From positions 62,001 through 126,000 of the forward strand of contig NIVC01000700.1 in the NCBI GenBank assembly GCA_002269645.1: a stretch of DNA of 64,000 nt, written 5' to 3'. Both the position numbers and the translations under genes were made by a program. The notes under the pieces are model-generated. The model was given only the letters and a program-made list of their open reading frames with translations. It had not been told where the DNA came from and did no database searches. This DNA comes from Macrostomum lignano. Lineage: Eukaryota. This document shows positions 10,901 to 22,558 of this stretch, piece after piece (the stretch's first letter is position 1; each line of letters starts with the position of its first letter).

Positions 10901-13900
10901 CCTTCGGATTCGTTTGCGCATCTCCTTCACCAGTTGCGGGGGACGCGCTGGAAAAGGAAAATTGGCAATTTGCATTTTTTTAAAAACTTCCTTGTAACAA
11001 ACGTTTTGGTTAAGGAAAAGAGTACGATGTGCGAGTATTCTATAGATAAAGAGCTTCAAGTGCGACAATCAAAACTTAAACAATTAGTACCGTCGGAGCG
11101 TTCCTTGATTTTTGTGTCTTCATTCTTAACCTACACGCGTAATTTAGATCAGTTCGCTCGAAAATTGACGGCGGATGATCCCATTCATCGAGACCAATAT
11201 TCACATCACGTTGTTAAAAATTCACTATGATTAATAACTAAAACTTAGGATCGGAATACAGTGAGTCTAGAACCCTGAGGAGTTATTTGTCTAATAATAA
11301 GAAGGTGAATTCGTGTACTTAAATGCGCAGAAGAAGTGGCTTAAGCAATCATGGAATAAATGTTTGTATAAATATATAAATATAATTGTGTTACATTACG
11401 AGCGTAAATACGACCATCAGCGTCCATACAGCTGAGGTAAGATTTGGTTATGAAATTGGAAGATACAAAATGTGCTCAAAATTACGTCTCTATGGTTTCA
11501 CTGCACTCGACACTTTCAACTGTGCATTTCGTTGCCTGCAGGGATTGCAAATTGCAACTGATATTGCTAGTAGTAGGCCCGTTCGAGCATACACTGTACT
11601 CCTACACTGCCGCACAGCAAGGTGAGGGGGTGAGTGACACGCCGCCTCAATGCTTGCTAATTGTGTTAGGGCAGCCTTTCGAAGGCCTGTTAAGAAACTT
11701 CTCTTTAATTCTTTAACACAGGAACAGCCTGTTGGTAAAAGGGGACCGACTTGATCGAACGGCTTACCGCATATTGTAGTTTCAACACCTGCAGCGATTG
11801 ATAGTCGGCGAATAAGACTGGGGTTTAATTTGTTGGAACTGATAAATGACTGAAACAAAAATCTCTTTCGAATTGCACCAGCACTTTGCTTATCGGCAGA
11901 CAAAAAGCTATTTTGTTTGCCAGTAAGCATGCAGAAGCCTCTAAGGCATTCTCCGATAAAACAGTCGGTATCCACCCTTTAGAAAGTCTTATAAACCAAA
12001 CTAAAATACCTCAGCAGATCGCCTGATAACGCTTAGGAACCTAAGGGGTGCGCTTAAGGGATACTAAGAAATATTTATTCTGCCTAAAATTATTCTGCTC
12101 GGTAAAGTTTGTGTTATGGAAAGGGGAGCACATCGCGCTTTTTGAGTCCAGCTCCAAGGCATACCATTGTGACCCTGTTCTTTTCTGCTGTTGCTTGCTG
12201 ATCTCTGTTGTCTGAGTTCGCAACTGTCTGCACTATTGTTTTTTATTTTCGAATCCAAAGCGGCAAATTTTTGTTCATATCTGTTCGAACATCAGTATAC
12301 CTACGGGAGCTGAGTGGAGAAGTTATAGTGCAGCTTCAGGCCCGCGGAAAGCCTGGCTCTCGGGATAAACAACCGTACAGAATTTGGTGGGACATCCGGG
12401 CCTGCGCAGCTGTCAGTGAGCCGCCCAGCCGCCCGCTCCAAATCCTCGCGACGTAAATCTTCATTTGATTCCCTCTCGAGCGGATAAGTAAGGTCGAAAA
12501 TCTTCCACGGTTTCCTCATCTGGCTGTTTTCTGATTTTTTATCCCTCCCTTTCTTCTTACTATCATTCAATCCCCAAAGTCCTCTTCTTGAACTCAAAGC
12601 TTTTCCCATTGCCTGTGCTATTTTTCTTTAAAGCAAGTTTAATTGGAAACTCAACCGCAAAAGCTAATTTGTTTGCCCTCCCCCCCCCCCCCCCCGAGAG
12701 AATCTCGGGTTTCTTCGAGAAGCCAGTCCAGGCTTTCTGAGTCCACTTTCGACCATCTTTCGTTTCTTTTCATTGCTTCAGTGTTTAGTCCCACTTTTCG
12801 AGCTCTACTAAGCCTGTGCCGAAGTGTCAGTACCACTGGGTTGAAAGCTAGCTGGTAATCTTGCAATAATCTGTGTCAGAACAGACATCCTTTAATGGAT
12901 TGAAAAAATTCGTCGCAAAAAAGTGTTGATAAGCTTGAAGACAAATTTCTGACAAGTTGAGCATCTTAGCTCTCAACACTTTCTGACGTAATTCAAAGGA
13001 ACCAGTCTTGCATTCTTTGAGGAAATTTGAAGGAATTAAAAGCAAAAGTTTCGTGAAAAATTGACAGCTCAGTAAGATTTGCATATTGCGAGCTTGCAGC
13101 CATCAGTTTCAATATGAGTAGCGTGGCGTCTACAGTCTTCACAGTCATTTTCTAAGAACTCATTCTTCAGCTTTATGACTCTTTTGAAGCCCCGGGTGAA
13201 TCGTCGGTTTGTACAGTCAGCTGCCCAGATGATGATTTCCTGTAGCCTTGGCAAGTAATTAGGAGAACAAATCCAGTACAATGCAATTTCCCTGAAAAGA
13301 ATCCTTATCTCTACGTCTTTTAAGATGAACTACTTCGGACAGGAAAAGACAGCCTTGCCAGGTAGGTGAATAGATAATTACATTATAATAACCCCATCTT
13401 GCAGAAAATGATGATTGCATGCCTGCATGCTTTTGGCCGTGGGAGACCGGAGTAAGCTAGGGAAGAAATATAGAAGCAAAGTAGCGGGAAAAGAAAGAAG
13501 TTACTTGTTGTTGCCAAAAATATTGGCAGAAATATCGTGAAACTATAAAGAGTTGCCGAGCTAACACAGAGAGCCAATCTTGATTGCTTCCAAAGCTGAA
13601 GACGAAATCCCAAGTAAGAGCAAGACAAGATACCAGTGAAATCAGCCTTATCTAATTTCTTAATTCAAACTTGATTCATACGACATCAGTTTTTCACAAT
13701 AATTTTCGTCGAAATGCAATCAGAGACAATCAAGTAAGCTAAATTTCCACTGAGATTTGCACCATTTACATACATACACATGGAAAATGTCCGAATAACT
13801 CGAATAACCAAATATTCTGATTAAAGAAAAGAATGAAAGTTCAACTTATAAATTGTAGTGCCGTAAGCACTCCGCTTTCTGATGTACACCGGCAGGGCAT

Positions 13901-14579
13901 AGCAAAAGCAGTGCACAGAGCTGGTAGCTCTTTGTCACATTTTAGCCACCCCGCCTCCTCAATTCTGATTGGCTAGAGGGCCAGCAAAATCTATGGTTAA
14001 AAACTCACGGCAGGCCCGCATCTCGTTGCACTGCACCCGGTTGAACTTTTTCTTCAGCTTCTTCTTGAAGCGCGCAGGCAGGAAGGCCAGGCGGAAGAAG
14101 CCGGGGTCTCGCGTGGCCGTCAGGAAGAACACGTAGCCAGCTGGGCGCCGGCGCAGGTCGCACGGCATGCAGGTCTGCCGCTGCCTGGCTCGCTGCTGGC
14201 GCACCTGGGTCCGGTTGAATGTGCCGACCGTGATGCGCCGGCCCTCCAGGTTCTGCCGCCACGGCTTCAGCTGCGACCCGACCGTCATGGAGATGTTGTA
14301 AGCGCCGTTTTCAATCGGCGTTGACTCGTCGCTTGCCCGCCAGGTGGCGCGCAGGACCAGGTCGGACTGCAGCCACTTGGACTGAGCGTCGTGGAACTCG
14401 TGGCCGCACTCACTTGATGGCAGCTGCTTGGCGGGCAGCCTTCTCCAGCGCTGCTTGTGTCGCTGTCGAGCTCTCTGGCCCAGCGAGGCGTTGGGCAGCA
14501 GCAGGAGCAGCAGCAGGAGCAGCAAGGGCATGGCCTGGAGCAGCGGACTCCTGTGCTGCATGGGAGCAGCTGGCGGCAT
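4762..14579 (-). CDS. Neuregulin/vein-like EGFR ligand: signal peptide, N-terminal domain, Ig domain, EGF domain, TM, polyQ cytoplasmic tail (about 660 aa)
   Basis: Exons 14579-14009, 10947-10749, 9775-9657, 8859-8812, 8464-8362, 8103-8027, 7202-7088, 6325-6262, 5448-4762; all GT-AG and phase-compatible (1983 nt). Ig motifs LVCRANGLPRP.PLWLRDG and DAGNYTC. EGF domain CNYKNVTYCLNGGTCVISRITNKPSCQCPEEYMGFFCE, with an intron between Cys4 and Cys5 as in ErbB ligands. Confidence 0.88.
5736..6241. repeat. 18-bp tandem repeat (CTAGGGAACCGGTGATCA), about 28 copies, intronic
   Basis: Near-perfect array in the last intron of the neuregulin-like gene. Confidence 0.97.
6565..6694 (-). CDS. Alternative transmembrane exon B of the neuregulin-like gene
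   Basis: TTGCAG acceptor and GTGAG donor; phase 1 to 2 like exon 7202-7088. Encodes LIRNLAVAGVSETTLSATTLVAGLALIALFVVLLAICCMVAD, followed by RRRLDRK from the next exon. Confidence 0.65.
7743..7792 (-). CDS. Candidate alternative EGF C-loop exon of the neuregulin-like gene
   Basis: TTTTTTAACCAG acceptor and GTACG donor; phase 2 to 1 like exon 8103-8027. Encodes (Q)CISAVNLNDTDCVDLQ, supplying Cys5 and Cys6. Confidence 0.5.
9867..10088 (+). mobile_element. 5'-truncated copy of the SINE at 30695-31060
   Basis: Colinear similarity to 30841-31050 (CAGTGAAGTGTACAT...GTTAGGGCCGCTGTACAC...GGGGAGTCGGCGGAATG...CCTGCCTCTA) with an A-rich end. Confidence 0.85.
10205..10505. repeat. 48-bp tandem repeat, about 6 copies, intronic
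   Basis: Unit GAGGGAGAGAGATAAGAAAAACAAGACTGAACTATACGGTAGACCAGA. Confidence 0.95.
10670..10743 (+). mobile_element. Retroposon 3' tail shared with the SINE family
   Basis: AATGCCTCTCGCCGGTTGT...ATGTCGCCTAAAGTGCGCCAGGGTG...CCCCTGCCTCTAAGAAA matches only the last about 70 nt of the SINE. Confidence 0.7.
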
Positions 14580-15753
14580 TCGCTGTCTGATTCAGCCCAG
14601 CATGGTTTCGTCCGTTCCAGCCGCCTAATTTGAATTTCAGTTTGCTTTTGGCGCGCTAAAATTTCTGGTGCCCGTTGCACAGGGGTTTAGGAAGAAGCAG
14701 ACAGATTTAGTAGAGAGAAGCAGAGGCCAGATAAGCTCTCGTGCAGTCTTGTTCCAGTCTGCCTATCAGTCCTCTTTATCTTCTCCAGCGAGCTGGAATT
14801 GAGAGAGCAAGAAATAAAAGCAGAAGATCGACAGTAAAAACGAGATTGCGATGAGAAATTTGCCGGCACCTGCTTTTTCTTCTGGAAGTAGAGAGCTCGC
14901 AAACTACGCAGAGCGCGCGTGTCCTGAGCTGTGTGCTCCACTCGCTCGCGGCCAACCCCCAGCCCTGGGTCTCTCTCCTCCGCTCAGGCGAGTCTGTCGC
15001 TGCCCAATGGCGACGGACAAAGCGCAGCGTTTTGGGGCCCAGCGCGCTGCCCCCCAGTCCTCCTGTCTTATTTAGAAAACTCTTGTGAGCCTGATGAGGC
15101 GGGGGCCTTGCCAGTTGAGGTGTCTTCTGCCCCAGTACTCTCCCAGCTCTTTCTCTCTCTTGTCTCTTGCGTTCGTATAGGGCGAATTAGTGAATTCCAG
15201 GTTGAGTCGTCGGGACCACCCAAGCAAACAGGGCGTTCTGGGGTTGGCAACTCCCCCGCACTGAGTGAGTTCGCCCCACCTCTGATATATGACAGATGTG
15301 TGCAGACACCTGAGCAGCAGCTTCTGCTGTCTGGCTGTCCAGCCTCTTCTCCCCAGGTTTTTTAAATAGATTATTTATATTATGAGGTGCTTGTACCGGT
15401 AAAATGAGCTGCCTAATTTCATCGGATTTTCAATGATTGCAGTTTGAAAATCACAGTTTATCTACCCGCTTGAGCAGGAGAAGACGCCAACGATAGAGCA
15501 GATTGGAGCAGCCACAAAACTGGCAGCGCAAATGCCGCTTTGGATTGCCGGGCTGGCTGGGTGGGTGGGGAACACGCGATTGTCTCACGGACTGGCGCGC
15601 TGCTGCACTTGAGGAATGCCTGCCGAGACAGGTTGTAAAACTCGTGCGCAACTAGCAATGCCTAATATAGACTGAGAAAGTAATGCTGATGAAGCAGGGA
15701 TACTGGTTGAGAGTTTGAGCACTTGTGACAGACAGACAAACACTAAAACGGAA

Positions 15754-16107
<354 letters not shown>

Positions 16108-16679
16108 CCAAAATCCAGCAATGGAATGGCGGTGGGTGTTGCAGCCCAGTTAAAAAGCGCAGTCAGTAAACTGTGAGATTGCGAGTGCACAGTTCAAGCA
16201 GATCAAAACCAGACTAGGCGGACAGCTCATGTGCGCATGCATTCGAAATCCAATTTTGGACATGCTTCGCTGTCTCTGAGCAGGCGGGGGGAGGCGGTAT
16301 AGGTGACTAGGGCCGGTTGCCAGAGGAATTAAGTGCTCAAGCTGCTATTTGGCTGCCGGGCCGCCCACTCACAACCCGGCAAGGCGCAGGGGGCGTGCAT
16401 TGAGACACTTCTCAGGCATTGGCACTGCTCACTAGCCATCCACATTGCGCCGTTGGCCCGGCAAGTGCCGACCACCTGCGGAGGTGGACCTAAGCCTGAA
16501 AAAAAAGAAATTGATGTCGCTGTCTGGGGCGCATTTTAATCTTAAAATTATCGACTGTGGTCTTGAACAACTACATTTAGCAAAACATACAAGACAAAAC
16601 TAACATTTAGATCGTATATGCAAGGTTAATAAACTGCAATAACATAATCTGCAGAAAAATGCTGATCTGGGTGAGAGAG

Positions 16680-16925
16680 GCAGGATACGGGAGGGCGAGA
16701 CAGAGAGTGAGATATAGGGGAAGAGAGACAGAGCGAGAGATAGGGAGAGACAGAGAGGGTGAGACAGGGAGAGACAGGGAGAGACAGAGAGACAGGGAGA
16801 GACAGAGAGACAGGGAGAGACAGAGAGAGACAGAGAGACAGGGAGAGACAGAGAGACAGGGAGAGACAGGGAGAGACAGGGAGAGACAGGGAGAGACAGG
16901 GAGAGACAGGGAGATACAGGAGACA
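16680..16925. repeat. GAGACAGG/GAGACAGA low-complexity tandem repeat
   Basis: Direct reading. Confidence 0.9.
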
Positions 16926-18963
16926 AGGCAGCATTATTTTGTGCCCTATTTTCCTATTCTAAGAAAACATGAGGCCATGCTTGAACGCAGCGTGCTCTCA
17001 GATGTTGCTGCTGTTGCTCCATGATTATCTCCGTTGAAAAGTGCTTGGTGATAAGTACTATCAGGAGCTGTGTGCCTTGCTGGTCCGGTGATTTATGGTC
17101 GTTTAAATTATTTCGAGTGTTTAATAAGCCGGTAAATATCCTCAAAGGGACTGAGATTTTGGGCTGCAGGGTCGAATTGACTTCGATTTTTTATTTTCCA
17201 CATAAGATATGGTGGCGACTCTGCGCTGCGCGGGAATCGCATCAGCGATAATTCGCGACCTCCCCCGGCTGACTGACCGACCTGGTTATGCACTGGGCCC
17301 CGCTGGGCAATCGAGCTGGATGCACTTGCAATTTTTCATCCGGGGCAGCTTACCCGCGGAAAAATTAGGGCTCACTCATCAATGCCAAAGTTCGTCCGAG
17401 CGCGTCTACCCAGCGATTCCAAGAAACTGTAAAATCTAGCATTGTATTGCAGCGAGTTCAAATATATTCTGGCTCTTTCAGCCCAGATCATTTTTCATCC
17501 TATATGATTTCACTCCAGGCTCGACTGAACTTTGCGAATGATAGATACGAGTTAAAAGGCCAATCGGAAAGTAAAAGGGGTAAAAGTTATGCAGATTCAA
17601 TCTAGAGCGTTGTCTGCATGGCTACCAACTCGAGGGGGAAGCAGCTCGGACATAAGCTCGGAAGCATAAGCACTGTGTGGCATAAATAGTCTGTCAAAAA
17701 CATTACGAAAAAATCGGGGTAGTGAATGAATCTCAAAAACTCTCTGTTAAACACCATTGTAGTGTAATACAACAATTCATTTGAATTCTGATTTCAGTGC
17801 ATATATTTGTCGATTAGTTAATTAACTGCATACAAAATATTTCATTTAGCATAAGAAGCTTTAAAACTAAATTCAAATTCTATTTCATTGGATAAGCTGG
17901 TTCGACGTATTTTAATTTATGCTCATCTGCTTAAATTCATTATAGGTCTCTACGATACTAAAATAGTAATACAAGCGTATGTTTGTTAATGTAAGCATAA
18001 AATTTAAAACTAAAACTTTCAAAGAATTTCCCAAGAAAGACTAGGCTGTCTATCTAGACTTGGCCTACCTGTACTATTCTATAATTTGCTAGATCACTGG
18101 AAACCATTTTTTGAAGCTCCGAAAACTAGAATTATTATGCATTTTTTATAGAATTTGAGTTGTAGCACATGTATATGTATAAATGTATGACCGTCGCACC
18201 CCTTTGTTGTTTTTGTTTCGAACTTGTCTCTTATCAAGCCTCAATCAAGATATTAAAAATATAATATTTCACTAATGTAGCTGATTCTTAGTTTGCCACC
18301 CAGTCATCGACCAAATTACTCACTTTTAATCATACAAGCTATACAGCTTGGCTAGAATTAGTTTTTTATTTATGAGCAATGGTGTGGCTTACAAAATAAT
18401 TTGACTATATAGATTAGATAATACCAGTATGTTCAAAAAAATGTTTCATATTATTGCATCTCATTAGACACAAGAACGAGTTCGTTTGACTATACTTTTT
18501 CATTAAGCAAAAATGCTGACACAAAAATGTTCACAAATTTATATAAGCAAGTCTAAGCTACTTTGATACAGTATTGATCAGTTATTATATCAATTATATT
18601 CAAGCGAACTCTGTGTTTTTTACCAAAAATTCTGTTTAATGAATGAATAATTACCAACTAATTTCCGATTGTTCATGTCAGTCCCATATAAGTTTTGCAT
18701 AGTAAATAATCAATAGAAAATTTCTATAAGAAACAAATATTTATTGAAGCCATAGCTAACAATATATATGATTTATTATTAAGTAATGATGTTGATGTAC
18801 ATAGTTCTGAATAAATTTAGAATTACGACAAATTGCATATAAATTTATTGATTATTGTCAAGAAAAATGTTTTTAAGGATATTTATCTCTTCATCTCTTA
18901 ACTTTGTTTATGACAATCAGATTTACATAATAAAAAGACCTATTATTTTTATTAATTTTTAAA

Positions 18964-20162
18964 ATGATGAAAGGCTCCAACGACAGAAAAAACATTTATT
19001 TATATGTGCCAAACCTAATAGGTAAGTGAAAAATCCTTTTCAAACCTGCAATTGTAGTAGCATTGTTTTATTTTTGTTTGAAAGTTCATGTTTGATTCCA
19101 GGTGTAGTTTGAATTACTTCCATATAATTGGATTCTGTAAGAGTTAAAGAGGGGCATAAATTGATTTGTAATTATATGATATGGGGAATGCTAAAAGAAT
19201 TTTCTAGGATGATTTTTAGAATCGTTTTTAACCTAAAGAACCTTCTGGAGAAAGCCATTTTCCTCTAGATATCAGGAAGCCTCATAGAAAGTAATGAAGA
19301 AAGCTATCTCACGTAGGAAATGCTCGGCGAGAAAAATTCCTGCTGGGAAATCTTTGCTCGAAATCTGTCTTAATGGGAAATCTCCAAATAAAAAATATCG
19401 TACAGGGAAATCTGACACTGGAAAATCTCGGGTAAATCTTCCACAGGAAAATCTCCCAAAAGCTACCGCTCCCACTCCAGCTGTATTTGCGGTAAAGCAA
19501 TTTGCTTGCAGAGCCCCCAACCGCCTGGAGCCGGCCCTTCCCGCAGATTATGCTCGCCTGCTCTTCCTGCTCGCCGGCCTGCTCCTCCTGCCGCTCAGCG
19601 AGGCCGCCTTCCCTCTGTGCTACGTCGCCTCCTCCCTGCTTGACCTGGTGGACGGCTGGGCCGCTCGCCGCCTGAAGCAAACCTCCAGCCTCGGCGCCTG
19701 GCTGGACGTCATCTGCGACAACCTCGGCCGCGCTTGCCTCTGGCACCTCAGCGGCAGCCGGCTCGGCCCGCTGTTTGTCAGCGTCGAGTGGCTCGCCTTT
19801 GCCGCCAATCAGCGCCGCTCCGTCGCCACTGCGTCGGCCGCCGCCGCCTGGAAGTCGAACGTGCAACGCCAAATGCCCGGCTGGCTCAGCCGGCTATTCG
19901 ACAACGGATTCTACAATCCGATGGGTGCGCTGGCGATGGCCGGCCTGTTCGGCCTGCCCATGGCGCACTTCCTGCTGGCCAGGGCGATGCTGCCCGGCTT
20001 CATCCTGGGCTGCCCGGCGCTGCAGTGGGCGGCGCTGACGGCGCTCTACACTGGACGGCTCTTGGCTCTGGCTGCCGAGGTGCGAATCTATATACAAATT
20101 TTGCGTTGTTTGTCTGTCTGTCTCTTTCTTAGTGTCTGCCTGCCTGTCTATCTGTCTGTCTA

Positions 20163-20213
<51 letters not shown>

Positions 20214-21107
20214 GTCTGTCTATCTGCCTGTCTATCTGTCTGTCTATCTGTCTGTCTATCTACCTGTCTGTCTGTCTGTCTGCCTGCCTGTCTGTCTGTC
20301 TGTCTGTCTGTCTGTCTGCCTGCCTGTCTGCCTGTCTGTCTGTCTGTCTGTCTGTCTGCCTGCCTGTCTATCTGTCTGTCTGTCTGTGTAATTGATCTTT
20401 TAGAGAACAATCTGGCCGTGAAATAAAGCCGATATGTATTGAAAAATTTAAAGCTGGAGAAATAAAGCCGATATGTATCGAAAAATATGAAACTGCCAAA
20501 TGCGATATGTATAGAAAGAATACAGAAAACCCTCCGAGGAAAAATCGATTTGGAAGTGCTGGGTCAAATATTATGAATTTGAATGCCTCCATAAGGGACT
20601 TGGTGCGCTAGCGCTAACTAATTAGAGGTTAATCAGTAGGGAACGGGGCAGAGCAGCTCAGCTCAGGAGTCAGCAGAATGGGCAGAATTGCCCCAGCCTG
20701 CTGGTTGTGAGACGATGTCACCGAATGCGTTTCGGCGCCTTTCATCACTAGAATTTAGTCCTTGAGTTCTACTGTTCAAGCTAATTGATTTTATCTACAC
20801 TAAGTCGATTATGCTATATGATCGGGTCAGCTCAGTCTGCGCAGACCGTAAACTACTCAGTTTAGTAGCTTAATTAATACGCATATTTCAGAAAAAACCT
20901 AAGCATTTTTTAAATTTCTCTCATTTTCCAATGCACTCGAAAACGTGTAAGTAGTATGATGCACTACCAGTAGTAACCGTATATAGTTTTTGATATAAAA
21001 ACTCTATAGTGTTTGATCAACAGACACTATTAAATTACCCCCTTCAGCTCCACTGCATCTGGTTTGTCATTGACGATCTGGTGACAGAGGATCAGCAGTC
21101 TCCATAA
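18964..21107 (+). CDS. CDP-alcohol phosphatidyltransferase family protein (PIS-like N-terminus, about 216 aa)
   Basis: Exons 18964-19021 (MMKGSNDRKNIYLYVPNLI), 19547-20079 and 21048-21107 (LHCIWFVIDDLVTEDQQSP*); 651 nt in frame. Signature DxxDGxxAR-x8-GxxxDxxxD seen as DLVDGWAARRLKQTSSLGAWLDVICD. Confidence 0.88.
20110..20389. repeat. (TCTG/TCTA)n microsatellite, intronic
   Basis: Direct reading. Confidence 0.95.
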
Positions 21108-22260
21108 TTTCTAAGACTGTCGTGGATGCTCCCAATGGATTCAATGTGGACAATTTATATGTTGAATTTTTTATTTTTAGCTATCATGCGCGTCTGATAC
21201 TACTGTACAAAATACAGCACATGTTTAGAATTTAGATTTACAGTTTTTTACACGTGCACGTAATTCCCGAGCTTCAAAGTCATAGCAATTGATTTTGTTG
21301 ATTTTATCCAAGACAATTTCGTAGAGATATTATTGTACGAGTATATAAAGTAAACTTGAGTGCCTCCTCGATTCTTTAATTCGACTGGTCACAACTGAAA
21401 CGTCTATAATAGACAATCAGAACGCCGCATGTCGGACGCTATATAGACTCAAATTTTGTGGATTTCACTAAGTTCTTTTGTTCGAGATTGATTCAAATTA
21501 ACTTATTAGAAGATCGGATTATTAAATTGGTTTATACCAAGGTACTCAGTCCGGAAACTTCTGAGACACCCCTATTTTTTGAGCTAATTGAAATCATGCT
21601 TAAACCAAGGGCGTCTTAATCACACCTTAAGACCTTAAGAAGTCCTTGGCTTAAACATGGACCCATGCAATAGATCAGATCTACCGTAGATTAACTGCAG
21701 ATCTAGATTTGTATGATCAGAAATTTCAACTTGGTACACTGCTGCCAAATGGCAATTGTCATTACTAGAATATTAACTTGGCTGACAAAAGTAAAATGCG
21801 ATTTGCAGAGGTCAACTGGGCCTGTGAACTGACTCTAACCAGTTTTTCAAAGTTTTTATAACGTCATTCGATCGATCTGCGATAAAAAGTTATTAACGAA
21901 AAGATCATTAAAGTTTGTATTTTACGAACAATCAGTCTAGTGAGATGATTTACAAAAACTTTCTGTGTACACAGTGACTAACAAGTATATTTCAAGTCTA
22001 GTAGGAATGCTGCGTGAACAAAGATTTCAAGGAACCAGATACAAAGCATAAAGTGAAAACAAGGGGATTTTTAAAACAGGCAAAAGTACTCTGGATTAAG
22101 AAAGATGTTAAAAACTGTAGAAAACGGCGAAATCATTTTAGCTACAGTGTGGATGACCCGATGAGCTGCTGAGCCTCGGTGCGAAATGCCGGCCAGGAAT
22201 ATCGATCGATGATGAGTCATTTGGCAGACAATCCATAAACATATTTATTCCAAGTCTTTT

Positions 22261-22523
22261 CTATCTGATTGATGCCGGACTTTGATTAGAAATATTGGGA
22301 AAGGCAGCACCGCCCTTAGAGGCAGCGGCTGCTGCTGCTCTTGTCGATTGCCTTTCTTCAGTTGTACGGTCGTCATGGTTACGGTGGAGCGCTACTGATT
22401 GATTGATGGGAACTCCCTCTGAAAGGACGGCATATGGGGATATGAAGCTACAGTGTAAAATACTACTACTACTTCTATTACTTCTACTACCACTACTACT
22501 ACTACTACTACTGCTACTACTAT

Positions 22524-22558
<35 letters not shown>

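Noticed and set aside
11386-13628. Short ORFs in the large first intron of the neuregulin-like gene
   Set aside because: No recognisable domains or consistent splice chain. They may be decayed mobile DNA but cannot be supported.
19294-19546. N-terminal extension and LSVC-repeat C-terminus of the 365-aa ORF
   Set aside because: Intronic read-through. The true exon 1 (YVPNLI/GTAAGT) is at 18964-19021 and the true last exon is at 21048.
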